Shown here in pieces: positions 9,427 to 18,289 of a stretch of DNA of 64,000 nt. Within the stretch, counting starts at the first letter, position 1; each line of letters starts with the position of its first letter. Both the position numbers and the translations under genes were made by a program. Origin of the DNA: Eubacteriales bacterium. GTDB lineage: Bacteria > Bacillota > Clostridia > Oscillospirales > CAG-272. The notes below the pieces were generated by a model. The model did no database searches, was not told the DNA's origin, and worked only from the letters and a program-made list of their open reading frames with translations. The stretch covers positions 18,094 to 82,093 of the forward strand of contig JAZNDW010000028.1 in the NCBI GenBank assembly GCA_045588245.1, written 5' to 3'.

Positions 9427-10547
9427 ACGGGATCATCATTCGAAAAAGCACACCCGATGAATACGGTAAGCTCATAAAACTGCTCAACGAAGCCTTTGGC
9501 TTTCCGAGCGAGCGAACGGAAGGGTTTGAATCTCTTTTGCCGAAGCTTTATCACGCCGACACCTGCAGTAACATTGTTGCCGTGCGCGGCGGTGAACTCG
9601 TCGGCGCCGTCGGCGTTTATTATAGGGACATCGACGTTTGCGGCACTCGCCTGACATCAGCAGGTATCGGCAACGTCGCTTGCCGCGCCGATATGAGAGG
9701 AGAGGGAATAATGTCGCGTCTTATGACGGTGGCAACCGATGAGATCCGCGCATCGGGCGCGGATTTGTCCGACCTTGGTGGAAGACGCCACCGATATGCT
9801 CATTTCGGCTATGAATGCGCAGGACGTGTTTATAACTTTTCTGTTCGTAATGACGTTGCACGTCACCTCGGCATCGATCTGAATGATGAAATGCTCGCAG
9901 TGCCGCTTGACGACTTTGTTTCCGAAGCTGAAGCGCTTCACGCTCGGAACCGTATGCACATTATAAGAGATAACTTTGCCGAAGTCATCGCGTCGTGGGA
10001 GGCAAAGACCGTTGCGTTTGTCAAAAACGGCAAGTTTGCAGGATATGCCGTCATAGACGATGACAGAGTCACCGAGATTGAGCTCGTATGTGCGGACGAT
10101 CTGTGTTCCGCTGTGAACGCGCTGTTTTTGCATACGAAGAAAGAACGTCTTTTGTTCTCGCTTCACGAAACGTCACCCGAATTGATAAATGAGATGCACG
10201 CACTGTACGACGGCGTCAATATCCGCAGTAACGAACAGATCTCGGTGATGCATCACAGACGAGTCGCGTCGGCGTATCTGCGGCTTGCCGCAGAGCTTTA
10301 CGATCTGCCCGACGGCGAGCTTTCGCTTTTGATTCACGGTGTCAGCTGTGATGAAAGCTTTACGCTCCGCATTAAGGACGGGGAAGTCAGCATCACCGAT
10401 GAGGTAAAAGCTCCGATCGAGCTGTCGCATAACGATGCGACAGCACTTTTGTACGGACTAACCTCACCGTACCGCGCACAGCTTTCGCACTCTGTAGCCT
10501 CATGGCTGCCTCTGCCGATATATTTTCCGTCACCCGATTGTGTGTGA
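9423..10547 (+). CDS. GNAT N-acetyltransferase of the Eis-like architecture (GNAT plus C-terminal SCP2-like domain)
   Basis: GNAT core AGIGNVACRADMRGEGIMSRLM (acetyl-CoA pocket pattern). Size of about 370 aa and the C-terminal segment are as in Eis-type enzymes. ATGA overlap with the upstream oxidoreductase gene. Confidence 0.65.
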   Translation: MNGIIIRKSTPDEYGKLIKLLNEAFGFPSERTEGFESLLPKLYHADTCSNIVAVRGGELVGAVGVYYRDIDVCGTRLTSAGIGNVACRADMRGEGIMSRLMTVATDEIRASGADLSDLGGRRHRYAHFGYECAGRVYNFSVRNDVARHLGIDLNDEMLAVPLDDFVSEAEALHARNRMHIIRDNFAEVIASWEAKTVAFVKNGKFAGYAVIDDDRVTEIELVCADDLCSAVNALFLHTKKERLLFSLHETSPELINEMHALYDGVNIRSNEQISVMHHRRVASAYLRLAAELYDLPDGELSLLIHGVSCDESFTLRIKDGEVSITDEVKAPIELSHNDATALLYGLTSPYRAQLSHSVASWLPLPIYFPSPDCV

Positions 10548-10554
10548 ACAGCAA

Positions 10555-10590
10555 AAAGACCTTTCGCTCGGCGAAAGGTCTTTCGTTTTT
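10555..10590. terminator. Bidirectional rho-independent terminator between the GNAT gene and the convergent MATE gene
   Basis: Stem AAAGACCTTTCGC (10555-10567) pairs with GCGAAAGGTCTTT (10571-10583). It is followed by TCGTTTTTT and preceded by an A-run. Confidence 0.85.
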
Positions 10591-12005
10591 TATGTATTTT
10601 GCAGCTTTCTCATACGTTTTTTCCATATTCCCGAAACGAAATATATAAGTCCCGGTATCGCCGTTCCGAACGGCGCGAGACCGTAGCCGAGCACGTATCC
10701 GAAAAGCCCGTATCCAAGCGTGACGCCGATGAAATACGAAAGCAGTATGCGCATGAAAAATCCGTCGATAAGAGCGAATATCAAGCCGAGCCGAGCGTTT
10801 CCGATGCCTTGAATGAAGCCGTTCGTGCTTCGCATTATAACCATACCGGGAAATCCCCAAACGATGGCGTGAACGAATACGGGAGCAAGCTCGAGAACGC
10901 CTTCGTCGTCGGTGAAGATCGAGAACATAGCCTCGGGGATCATTAAGTAAACGGACGCGAAGACGAGGTAGCATACAGCCGAGTAGAGCATCGCGTAAAA
11001 GAAGATAGAGCGTATGCGGTCTGTTTTTCTCGCGGCTATGTTTTGTCCCACCATCGCGGAAACGGCAAACGTAAATGCCTGCGTTACCTTGTTCACGATG
11101 TCGTCAACCTTAACGCCGACACCGAAAACGGAGGAGGCATTGACTCCGACGTCGTTGATGAGCGCGTTAACGAACATCATTGAAATGTTGATAGCACAGC
11201 TTTGACAAGCGAAGGGGATTCCGAGCCGAACGAGCTCACGAAGTGCCGTTTTGTCGGGAACGAAGCTCTTCGGCGAAAAATCAAATCCGAACTCTTCACG
11301 TCGGCGGTAAAGGAAAAACAGCGCGTAAATGAACGAAAATGCCTGACCGAGTATCGTCGCGAGTGCGGCGCCGAATGTGCCCCAATCAAAGAAGATGACG
11401 AAAACGACGTCAAGTATGATGTTTATTACAGAAGCGATAGCGATAAAGACTAAAGGGTGCTTTGAGTCGCCCATTCCGCGCAAAACGGCGGAGACCATGT
11501 TATATCCGTATGTAAATATGATGCCGCACGCGCAAACGATCATGTAGTCGTATGCGTAGTCATAGGCTTCCGTCGGAGTGTTGAGAATCGTAAGCGCAGA
11601 GTTCGCAAAAATCAGACCGACGGCTGAAACAACGACGCCCATTGACATCGTGAGCGTGAACAGCGTGCCGATCACCGGCGAGGTGTCACCTCTCTTGCCG
11701 GCGCCGATAAGCTGTGAAATGCGGACCTGTCCTCCCGTTGAAAACCCCATCGCAAGCATTGTCATAAACATGAAAACAGAGCTTGCGGTTGAAACTGCGG
11801 AAAGTCCGGGACCGCCGAGCTTTTGTCCGACGATGAGCATATCAACGAGCGAATAGAGTATCTGCAGCGCGTTTGAGATCATGAACGGCAGAGAAAAGCG
11901 GAATAGCTGACGCGGCACGGAGCCAACTGTGAAATCGGTAACTAAGTCTTTTTTACGTTTTTTTATTTTTTCCATTTTTGTATCCGTTTTTTGTATTGAT
12001 ATCAT
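10590..12005 (-). CDS. MATE-family efflux transporter
   Basis: 471 aa with about 12 predicted TM segments. N-terminal MATE signature context VPRQLFRFSLPFMISNALQILYSLVDMLIVGQ. An internal duplication of 6-TM halves is evident. Confidence 0.85.
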   Translation of the reverse strand: MISIQKTDTKMEKIKKRKKDLVTDFTVGSVPRQLFRFSLPFMISNALQILYSLVDMLIVGQKLGGPGLSAVSTASSVFMFMTMLAMGFSTGGQVRISQLIGAGKRGDTSPVIGTLFTLTMSMGVVVSAVGLIFANSALTILNTPTEAYDYAYDYMIVCACGIIFTYGYNMVSAVLRGMGDSKHPLVFIAIASVINIILDVVFVIFFDWGTFGAALATILGQAFSFIYALFFLYRRREEFGFDFSPKSFVPDKTALRELVRLGIPFACQSCAINISMMFVNALINDVGVNASSVFGVGVKVDDIVNKVTQAFTFAVSAMVGQNIAARKTDRIRSIFFYAMLYSAVCYLVFASVYLMIPEAMFSIFTDDEGVLELAPVFVHAIVWGFPGMVIMRSTNGFIQGIGNARLGLIFALIDGFFMRILLSYFIGVTLGYGLFGYVLGYGLAPFGTAIPGLIYFVSGIWKKRMRKLQNT

Positions 12006-12070
12006 TAAACATTATACCACAAAAAACGCCGCAAGTGTTATATAAAGATTTTTTCACACGATCTAAAAGC

Positions 12071-12099
12071 TTGACACGGAACAATATGACATATATAAT
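12071..12099 (+). promoter_or_regulatory. Consensus sigma-A promoter upstream of the GH43 gene
   Basis: TTGACA (12071-12076), a 17-nt spacer, then TATAAT (12094-12099). Confidence 0.65.
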
Positions 12100-12165
12100 T
12101 AATATGATTAAATATATGCCCCGTAATTTGTGCATTAAGAATAAAAGATAACGAGGTTGATTTTT

Positions 12166-13038
12166 ATGAAGATCAAAAATCCTGCTGTCGGTAACGTCCC
12201 CGGCAATCTGCGGGACCCTGCCGTGATCGACTATAACGGCAAATATTATCTTGTCGCAACGTCGCCTGCATTTTGGTCGGGATATACGCCCGGCGTAAAG
12301 CTTTGGTCATCGGACGATTTAGTAAATTGGACGTTTGAATCAACAATAATTTCAGCAGAGGATATACCCGAAGGGTGCCATTGTAAAAACCGTTTCTGGG
12401 CGCCCGAGCTTTTCATACATAACGGAAAATTTTACTGCACCGTCAATGCGCGTGACGACGAAGAGGGCGTTGATCTTCATTCTTATCTCGCCGTGGCAGA
12501 CGATATCCTCGGTCCGTACAAGCTTCACGAGGAACCCGTCATTGACCGCAATTTCAATGATATCAGCCTTTTTGCCGACGATGACGGCCGTGTATACGCG
12601 ACAGCATCGTGGGAAGAGCTGTATTTGTACGAGATAGACCTGAACACCGCACGCGCCGTCAGCGAGCCGCGAATCCTTGCTCGACCGGGTAAGCCGGGCG
12701 AATGGGACCACGGCAGATTCATAGAAGGCTCGTATATGGTGAAGCGTGACGGCGTGTATTATCTTTGGTATTCAGGCGTCGGCAGAGGATATGAAATGGG
12801 ATGGTATACGTCCGATTCGCTTGACAGAGAATTTGACAAATACGGTAACGAGCCCGTTTTGTCGGGGATTGGCACCGATATCCCGATTGCGGGACACAAT
12901 GCCTGCTTCCGCCTCCGCGACGGCAGGGATGCCGTGTCTTTCCACGGACACCGTAAAGGTGAGCCTGAAATGTTATGCTTTGACATCGTCGAATACCCGA
13001 TGAAGCCAAGAAAGATATCGCTTGAAATAGAAGTATAA
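12166..13038 (+). CDS. Glycoside hydrolase family 43 (beta-xylosidase / alpha-L-arabinofuranosidase type), cytoplasmic
   Basis: Motifs NLRDPAVIDYNGKYYLVATS, WAPELFIHNGKFYC and FIEGSYMVKRDGVYYLWYSG match the five-bladed propeller GH43 Asp/Asp/Glu contexts. I chose the ATG at 12166 (GAGG 9 nt upstream) over the TTG at 12157 used in the ORF track. Confidence 0.85.
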   Translation: MKIKNPAVGNVPGNLRDPAVIDYNGKYYLVATSPAFWSGYTPGVKLWSSDDLVNWTFESTIISAEDIPEGCHCKNRFWAPELFIHNGKFYCTVNARDDEEGVDLHSYLAVADDILGPYKLHEEPVIDRNFNDISLFADDDGRVYATASWEELYLYEIDLNTARAVSEPRILARPGKPGEWDHGRFIEGSYMVKRDGVYYLWYSGVGRGYEMGWYTSDSLDREFDKYGNEPVLSGIGTDIPIAGHNACFRLRDGRDAVSFHGHRKGEPEMLCFDIVEYPMKPRKISLEIEV

Positions 13039-13721
13039 TGCCACACCGTATAAATAAATGCGCCGCGTATGTCGCGGCGGCAACGGTACTCGGATGTGCA
13101 GTCATGGCGATAGTAGACGGTGTAATCTCACCGACTTATGCGGTGAAGTCTGCCGTTAAGATCGTGCTTTTTGCGGGGCTTCCGATCGTTTTTGCGCTCT
13201 GCTTCGATAAAGATGCCTTAAGGTCAATACTGTTGCATAGAAAAAAGGGGATCATCTTATCGCTTTTGATCGGTATGGCAATATATGCTTTCATCGTAGG
13301 CGGCTATTTTGCGCTTCGCGGTGTCTTTGACTTTTCGGCAGTCACCTCATCGCTTACGTCGGGCGAAGGCGTCACACGCGACAATTTCCTCTATGTTGCC
13401 GCGTATATTTCAATATGCAATTCCTTACTTGAGGAGCTTTTCTTCCGCGGATTTGCATTTCACACGTTGAATAAATATATGAATCGCGGCATAGCATACG
13501 TGTTTTCTGCGCTAAGCTTCGCTGTGTATCACGTTGCGATAATGTCGGGCTGGTTTTCGCCGCTTCTGTTCGTGCTTTTGGTTGCGGGACTGTTTGCGGG
13601 CGGCGTCATTTTCAATTATCTTGACGAAAAAACAGGCAGCATTTATCCTTCGTGGATAGTCCATATGTTTGCAAACCTTGCAACGAACACCGTCGGATGT
13701 GTTCTTTTTGGAATATTATAA
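13038..13721 (+). CDS. CPBP-family intramembrane glutamic endopeptidase (CAAX/Abi-like)
   Basis: Polytopic membrane protein with motif 1 LLEELFFRGF, motif 2 FAVYH and motif 3 HMFAN. The start overlaps the GH43 stop (TAATG). Confidence 0.85.
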   Translation: MPHRINKCAAYVAAATVLGCAVMAIVDGVISPTYAVKSAVKIVLFAGLPIVFALCFDKDALRSILLHRKKGIILSLLIGMAIYAFIVGGYFALRGVFDFSAVTSSLTSGEGVTRDNFLYVAAYISICNSLLEELFFRGFAFHTLNKYMNRGIAYVFSALSFAVYHVAIMSGWFSPLLFVLLVAGLFAGGVIFNYLDEKTGSIYPSWIVHMFANLATNTVGCVLFGIL

Positions 13722-13804
13722 CCCATGATCGTAAAACTTGATCTGACAACGTCAGATATAACGAATACATTATTCGAAAACAATATAAAGGAGCGTGACG
13801 TACG

Positions 13805-14095
13805 ATGATTCTGCTTGATAACATTATCGTATTGCTGATAGCGATAGCGGCGGTGCTGCTTTTGCAGATATTGAGTATAAAAACGGCGAAAAAATGGATA
13901 TACGCAAGTGCCTCGGTTGTAATCGAGCTTTTGGTTACTGTATTTTTGCTGTTTGAGGGAGCTTCTTTGGAGGAGCTATACTTGATGCTTCTTATTTTCG
14001 GCGCCGTCAGCTTGTCGGTTTATTATTATGTGAAGCCCGCGCCGAAAAATGACGCTGACGTATCGGAAAAGGAGGAAACGTCAAATGGTATTTAA
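13805..14095 (+). CDS. Small hypothetical membrane protein (about 3 TM) preceding the MBOAT gene
   Basis: 96-aa ORF with three hydrophobic segments and an acidic/lysine tail. Its 3' end overlaps the MBOAT start region. No family recognised. Confidence 0.4.
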   Translation: MILLDNIIVLLIAIAAVLLLQILSIKTAKKWIYASASVVIELLVTVFLLFEGASLEELYLMLLIFGAVSLSVYYYVKPAPKNDADVSEKEETSNGI

Positions 14096-15557
14096 TTCGC
14101 TTGAATTTTTGATCTTTTTGCCGATAGTCGTCATATTGCATTATCTGTTGCCGCTGAAATACCGCTGGATAATGTTGCTTGCCGCGAGCTATTATTTTTA
14201 TATGTATTGGGACGCAAGTCTCATATATCTCATCGTGCTTACAACGGCAGTGTCGTACGTGTCTGCGCTGTTAATGAGCAAAACGGATAACAAAGCGTAT
14301 AAAAAGCTACTGTTGGCAGTGACGCTCGTTGCCTCACTCGGTGTTCTCGTTTTCTTTAAGTATTATAACTTTTTTGCAAACTCCGTCACCGGTACGATAT
14401 CATTTTTCGGAGGCGGCGACTTTGATCTGACGTTAAACCTCATTCTGCCTGTCGGAATATCATTTTATACGTTCCAGACGCTGTCCTACGTTATCGACGT
14501 GTATCGCGGAGATATAGAAGCGGAGCGTCATTTCGGATACTATGCGACCTTCGTTTCGTTCTTTCCGCAGCTTGTCGCAGGACCTATCGAGCGTCCGGAC
14601 AATCTGATTCCTCAGCTTAAAGCTGAGCATAAATTCGATTGCGATGACTTTATCACCGGTTTCGGTATTGCGATCGTGGGATTCTTCAAAAAGCTCGTCG
14701 TTGCCGACATCGTCGCCGTTTACGTAAACGCTGTTTATAACGATGCCGCAAACGCAACGGGACTTGGAGTGCTCGTTGCAACGGTGCTCTTCGCTGTGCA
14801 GATATACTGTGACTTCTCCGGATATACCGACATCGCCATCGGATGTGCGCGGATGATGGGCATCCGCCTGATGCAGAACTTCAACCGTCCGTATTCTGCC
14901 GAAACGATCAAGGAATTCTGGGGACGCTGGCACATCTCGCTTTCAACATGGTTCCGCGATTACCTGTACATACCGCTCGGCGGTAACCGACGCGGCGTGT
15001 GGCGTAAGCACTTGAACGTTCTTATCGTTTTCCTCGTGTCGGGACTTTGGCACGGCGCAGCGTGGACGTTCGTCATCTGGGGCGCGCTTCACGGACTGTA
15101 TCAGGTCATCGGCGAGCTTACAAAGAAGCCGCGTGCTTCCATTTGCGGCAAGCTCGGCATAAATATGGACAGCCGCGGATTCCATGTTTATAAAAAAGCC
15201 GTTACGTTCACTCTTGTATCTTTTGCGTGGATATTCTTCCGTGCAAACAGCATCTCCGACCTCGGCATACTCATCGGCAAGCTCTTTACCGACTGGGGAA
15301 CGGGGCTCGACTACATCAAAAACACCTTCAGCTTTATGGGACTCGATCTTGTTATGCTGATCGCTGTTGCCGTGTCCGTTTATATGCTTTCTCATTTCGA
15401 CAAAAAGCCGATACGCGAGCTTTACAAAACGGATGAAAACGGGTATATGCTCACGGCTTCGTACAGTTACGCTCACATTATATGGATGGTGATCGCCGCG
15501 GCGCTTATTATCGCATCGGGTGACGGCGAAAGCACCTTCATATACTTCCAGTTCTGA
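14085..15557 (+). CDS. MBOAT-family membrane-bound O-acyltransferase (AlgI/DltB/PatA-like)
   Basis: Typical N-terminus MVFNSLEFLIFLP. Also FYTFQTLSYVIDVYRG, the conserved DFSGYTDIAIG segment and the catalytic His context FWGRWHISLSTWFRDYLYIPLGG. The ATG at 14085 with GGAGGA 8 nt upstream is preferred to the track start at 14049. Confidence 0.88.
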   Translation: MVFNSLEFLIFLPIVVILHYLLPLKYRWIMLLAASYYFYMYWDASLIYLIVLTTAVSYVSALLMSKTDNKAYKKLLLAVTLVASLGVLVFFKYYNFFANSVTGTISFFGGGDFDLTLNLILPVGISFYTFQTLSYVIDVYRGDIEAERHFGYYATFVSFFPQLVAGPIERPDNLIPQLKAEHKFDCDDFITGFGIAIVGFFKKLVVADIVAVYVNAVYNDAANATGLGVLVATVLFAVQIYCDFSGYTDIAIGCARMMGIRLMQNFNRPYSAETIKEFWGRWHISLSTWFRDYLYIPLGGNRRGVWRKHLNVLIVFLVSGLWHGAAWTFVIWGALHGLYQVIGELTKKPRASICGKLGINMDSRGFHVYKKAVTFTLVSFAWIFFRANSISDLGILIGKLFTDWGTGLDYIKNTFSFMGLDLVMLIAVAVSVYMLSHFDKKPIRELYKTDENGYMLTASYSYAHIIWMVIAAALIIASGDGESTFIYFQF

Positions 15558-15573
15558 TCGGGAGGTGTAGACT

Positions 15574-17022
15574 ATGAAAAAGATGAAAATATCGTTTATT
15601 GCAATAGCACTCGTCATACTCATCCCCGTGATAACGCTTGCGGCGGTATGCCTTGCAACTCCGTCGCAGTACGGCGAGACCTTCCTCGGTGAGCTTTCGG
15701 AAAAGTATGATAGACTCATCTCCGTAGAGGGTGAAAAAATCGTCCTTATCGGCGGCAGCAGCCTCGCCTTCGGACTTGACTCAAAAACGATGGAGGAATA
15801 CCTCGGACGCCCCGTCGTAAATTTCGGACTTTACGCAACACTCGGCACGAAGGTCATGCTTGATTTGTCTAAATCGGGCATCGAACGCGGAGACATAATC
15901 GTTATATGTCCGGAAATGGACGCGCAAACGCTGTCAATGTATTATAATGCCGAGTCGATGTGGCAGGCGTGCGACAGCGATTATTCGCTTTTGTTTCATA
16001 TAGGCGCGGATAACTTTGGCGATATGGCGGGCGGATTCTGGAGCTACCTTGGCAAAAAGCTTGAATATGCACGCGGTGACGGTCTATCCGTTTCGGGTGT
16101 CTATACAAAGGCGGCATTCAACGAATACGGTGACATCGTTTATGAGCGTCCCTACAATCAGATGACGCTTGGCTACGACCCGAACAAGATGATAAACCTG
16201 TCGGGCGATCTGTTCGACAACGGATTTGTCGATTATCTGAACGATTATATTGCGTGGGCGAACCGACGCGGTGCAACCGTCTACTTCAGCTTCCCGCCCA
16301 TGAACGCGGATGCCGTCACAACGACGGATGAAGAAATAAAGGCATTTTATCAGTTCCTATACGATAATATCGACTGTGAGATCATCTCCGACGTCGGCGA
16401 TTACATACTTGACGGCGGCTATTTCTACGACAGTAATTTCCACTTGAACGATGCGGGTGTTCCGATCAGAACAATGCAGCTCGTCGAGGATATAAGAAGA
16501 GCAGAGGGCAACACCGAAGCGGTAGATATCATATATCCCGAGATCCCCGAGGTGCCCGAAGCGCCCGGTGGCGAGGGAAGTGACGTTGAGCTTGACTTCA
16601 CCGAAACGTCGGCGGATGCATTCACGTACGAACAATTTGGTAACGGTTTGCTTGTAACGGGTGTTACGGGCGATGCGGCATCGGCAGACACGATCGTAAT
16701 CCCGAAAACAGCGGACGGCAAAGCCATCCTCGCCATAGGCGAAGGGGCGTTTTCTGATGCGAAGGCGTTGAAGACGCTCGTTATCAATAATAACATCGTT
16801 CAGATATACGACGGATTCCTCAAGGGATGCAGTACGATCGAGGAGATATATCTGTATAACGCAAACTGCGGATCTGTTTCGATCGGTGCGGAGCTCTTAT
16901 CGGGAGTCAATTCGAAACCAACGATCAAGGTTCCGTATGAAGCCTTCGGAAGCTACGTTTCCGATTATTTCTGGGGTATTTACGCAGGTAATCTCTCCGT
17001 TATCAGCGCACCGGAAAAATAA
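15574..17022 (+). CDS. Extracytoplasmic DltD/SGNH-like acyl-transfer partner protein with C-terminal BspA-type leucine-rich repeats
   Basis: N-terminal signal anchor, then a KIVLIGGSSLAFGLDS block (a GDS-like serine motif as in DltD/PatB/AlgJ-type partners). The C-terminus IVIPKTADGKAILAIGEGAFSDAKALKTLVINNNIVQIYDGFLKGCSTIEEIYL matches the LRR_5 (BspA) pattern. It lies immediately downstream of the MBOAT gene. Confidence 0.6.
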   Translation: MKKMKISFIAIALVILIPVITLAAVCLATPSQYGETFLGELSEKYDRLISVEGEKIVLIGGSSLAFGLDSKTMEEYLGRPVVNFGLYATLGTKVMLDLSKSGIERGDIIVICPEMDAQTLSMYYNAESMWQACDSDYSLLFHIGADNFGDMAGGFWSYLGKKLEYARGDGLSVSGVYTKAAFNEYGDIVYERPYNQMTLGYDPNKMINLSGDLFDNGFVDYLNDYIAWANRRGATVYFSFPPMNADAVTTTDEEIKAFYQFLYDNIDCEIISDVGDYILDGGYFYDSNFHLNDAGVPIRTMQLVEDIRRAEGNTEAVDIIYPEIPEVPEAPGGEGSDVELDFTETSADAFTYEQFGNGLLVTGVTGDAASADTIVIPKTADGKAILAIGEGAFSDAKALKTLVINNNIVQIYDGFLKGCSTIEEIYLYNANCGSVSIGAELLSGVNSKPTIKVPYEAFGSYVSDYFWGIYAGNLSVISAPEK

Positions 17023-17029
17023 AAATTAT

Positions 17030-17067
17030 AGCAGCGTGTCGGTCGCGGATCGACACGCTGCTTTTTG
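17030..17067 (+). terminator. Rho-independent terminator after the MBOAT/SGNH operon
   Basis: Stem GCAGCGTGTCG (17031-17041) pairs with CGACACGCTGC (17051-17061), followed by TTTTT. Confidence 0.85.
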
Positions 17068-17143
17068 AAGCAAAATAATTGCCATAAAGTTTAATAAAAT
17101 CGAATAAAATTATTGCGATAATGTCAACAATTAACGATAGTTA

Positions 17144-17172
17144 TTGACACTTATCAAAAAATTAATTATAAT
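17144..17172 (+). promoter_or_regulatory. Consensus sigma-A-type promoter upstream of ytvI
   Basis: TTGACA (17144-17149), a 17-nt spacer, then TATAAT (17167-17172). AGGAGG RBS at 17204-17209. Confidence 0.55.
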
Positions 17173-17215
17173 CATAATATAGATTAAGAAGTAAAATATT
17201 ATCAGGAGGCGATGT

Positions 17216-18289
17216 ATGCAAACAGAAGAGAAACGTAAGTTTATAATAAATATCCTATACATCGTTATTTTATTGGCGCTTATATATATTTTTTTTAAGC
17301 GTGCGATCAACTTTATGATGCCGTTTTTGATTGCATACGTTATTTCCGTTGTGCTTCGTCCCGTGGTGTTGTTTTTTGAAAAAAAACTCAAGCTAAAAAA
17401 TAAGGTTGCATCGATATTGGCATTACTGCTGTTTTACAGCACGATCGGCGTTTTAATAGTAGCTCTCGGCGCAAGCCTGATTTCCTATATCGCATCACAA
17501 ATATCAAAGCTGCCCGCATTCTACAATAATACGATCAAGCCGCTTTTGTCTATGGCTATCGACGGTGCCATGGAGTTTCCCGAGGACTTTGACCCGACGC
17601 TCGCTGCTGCTATAGAAACACTTGCGAATAACATCTTCGGATATATCGGCAGTCTGATATCAACGCTGTCGGGTGCTATCGTTTCGCTTATTACAAGTAT
17701 CGCTTCTTCGCTTCCCACAACGGTGATCGGAATCGTATTCTCCATCGTCGCTTCGTATTATTTCACTGCAGATCACGATAAAGTCAGCCAATTCGTAAAA
17801 CGTCAGTTCAGCGAAGCTTCTTACAAAAAAGCAGTTGCTGTCAAAACCGCTATCTACGACATTCTTTTCGGCTATCTGAAATCGTACGCTCTGATTCTCG
17901 GAATCACCTTCGCAGAGCTGACCGTAGCAATGCTCGTGCTCGGTGTAAAAAACTTCTTTGCCGTTGCGTTTATGATCGCAGTCTTCGATATTCTTCCCGT
18001 TGTCGGAACGGGCACGGTCCTCATCCCTTGGACTGTCATTGAGCTTATACGCGGCAACTACGGCATGGCGATTGGACTCATCATCACTTACGTCATCGTG
18101 TTCATTATCCGCCAGATCATCGAACCGAAGATAGTCGGCGACCGTGTAGGCTTGCATCCGCTCGTTACGCTCGTTTCAATGTTTGTCGGAACGGTGCTGT
18201 TCGGCGTTATCGGACTGTTCGGAATTCCGATAACGATGGCTATCATTATGGATCTTCATGAAAAAGATGTCATAAATTTCGTCAAATAA
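17216..18289 (+). CDS. ytvI: AI-2E/PerM-family transporter, YtvI-like sporulation integral membrane protein
   Basis: 357 aa with 7-8 TM segments. N-terminal pattern KRAINFMMPFLIAYVISVVLRPVV and C-terminal ILPVVGTGTVLIPW...IEPKIVGDRVGLHPLVTL are typical of the UPF0118/AI-2E family and the YtvI subgroup. Confidence 0.75.
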   Translation: MQTEEKRKFIINILYIVILLALIYIFFKRAINFMMPFLIAYVISVVLRPVVLFFEKKLKLKNKVASILALLLFYSTIGVLIVALGASLISYIASQISKLPAFYNNTIKPLLSMAIDGAMEFPEDFDPTLAAAIETLANNIFGYIGSLISTLSGAIVSLITSIASSLPTTVIGIVFSIVASYYFTADHDKVSQFVKRQFSEASYKKAVAVKTAIYDILFGYLKSYALILGITFAELTVAMLVLGVKNFFAVAFMIAVFDILPVVGTGTVLIPWTVIELIRGNYGMAIGLIITYVIVFIIRQIIEPKIVGDRVGLHPLVTLVSMFVGTVLFGVIGLFGIPITMAIIMDLHEKDVINFVK

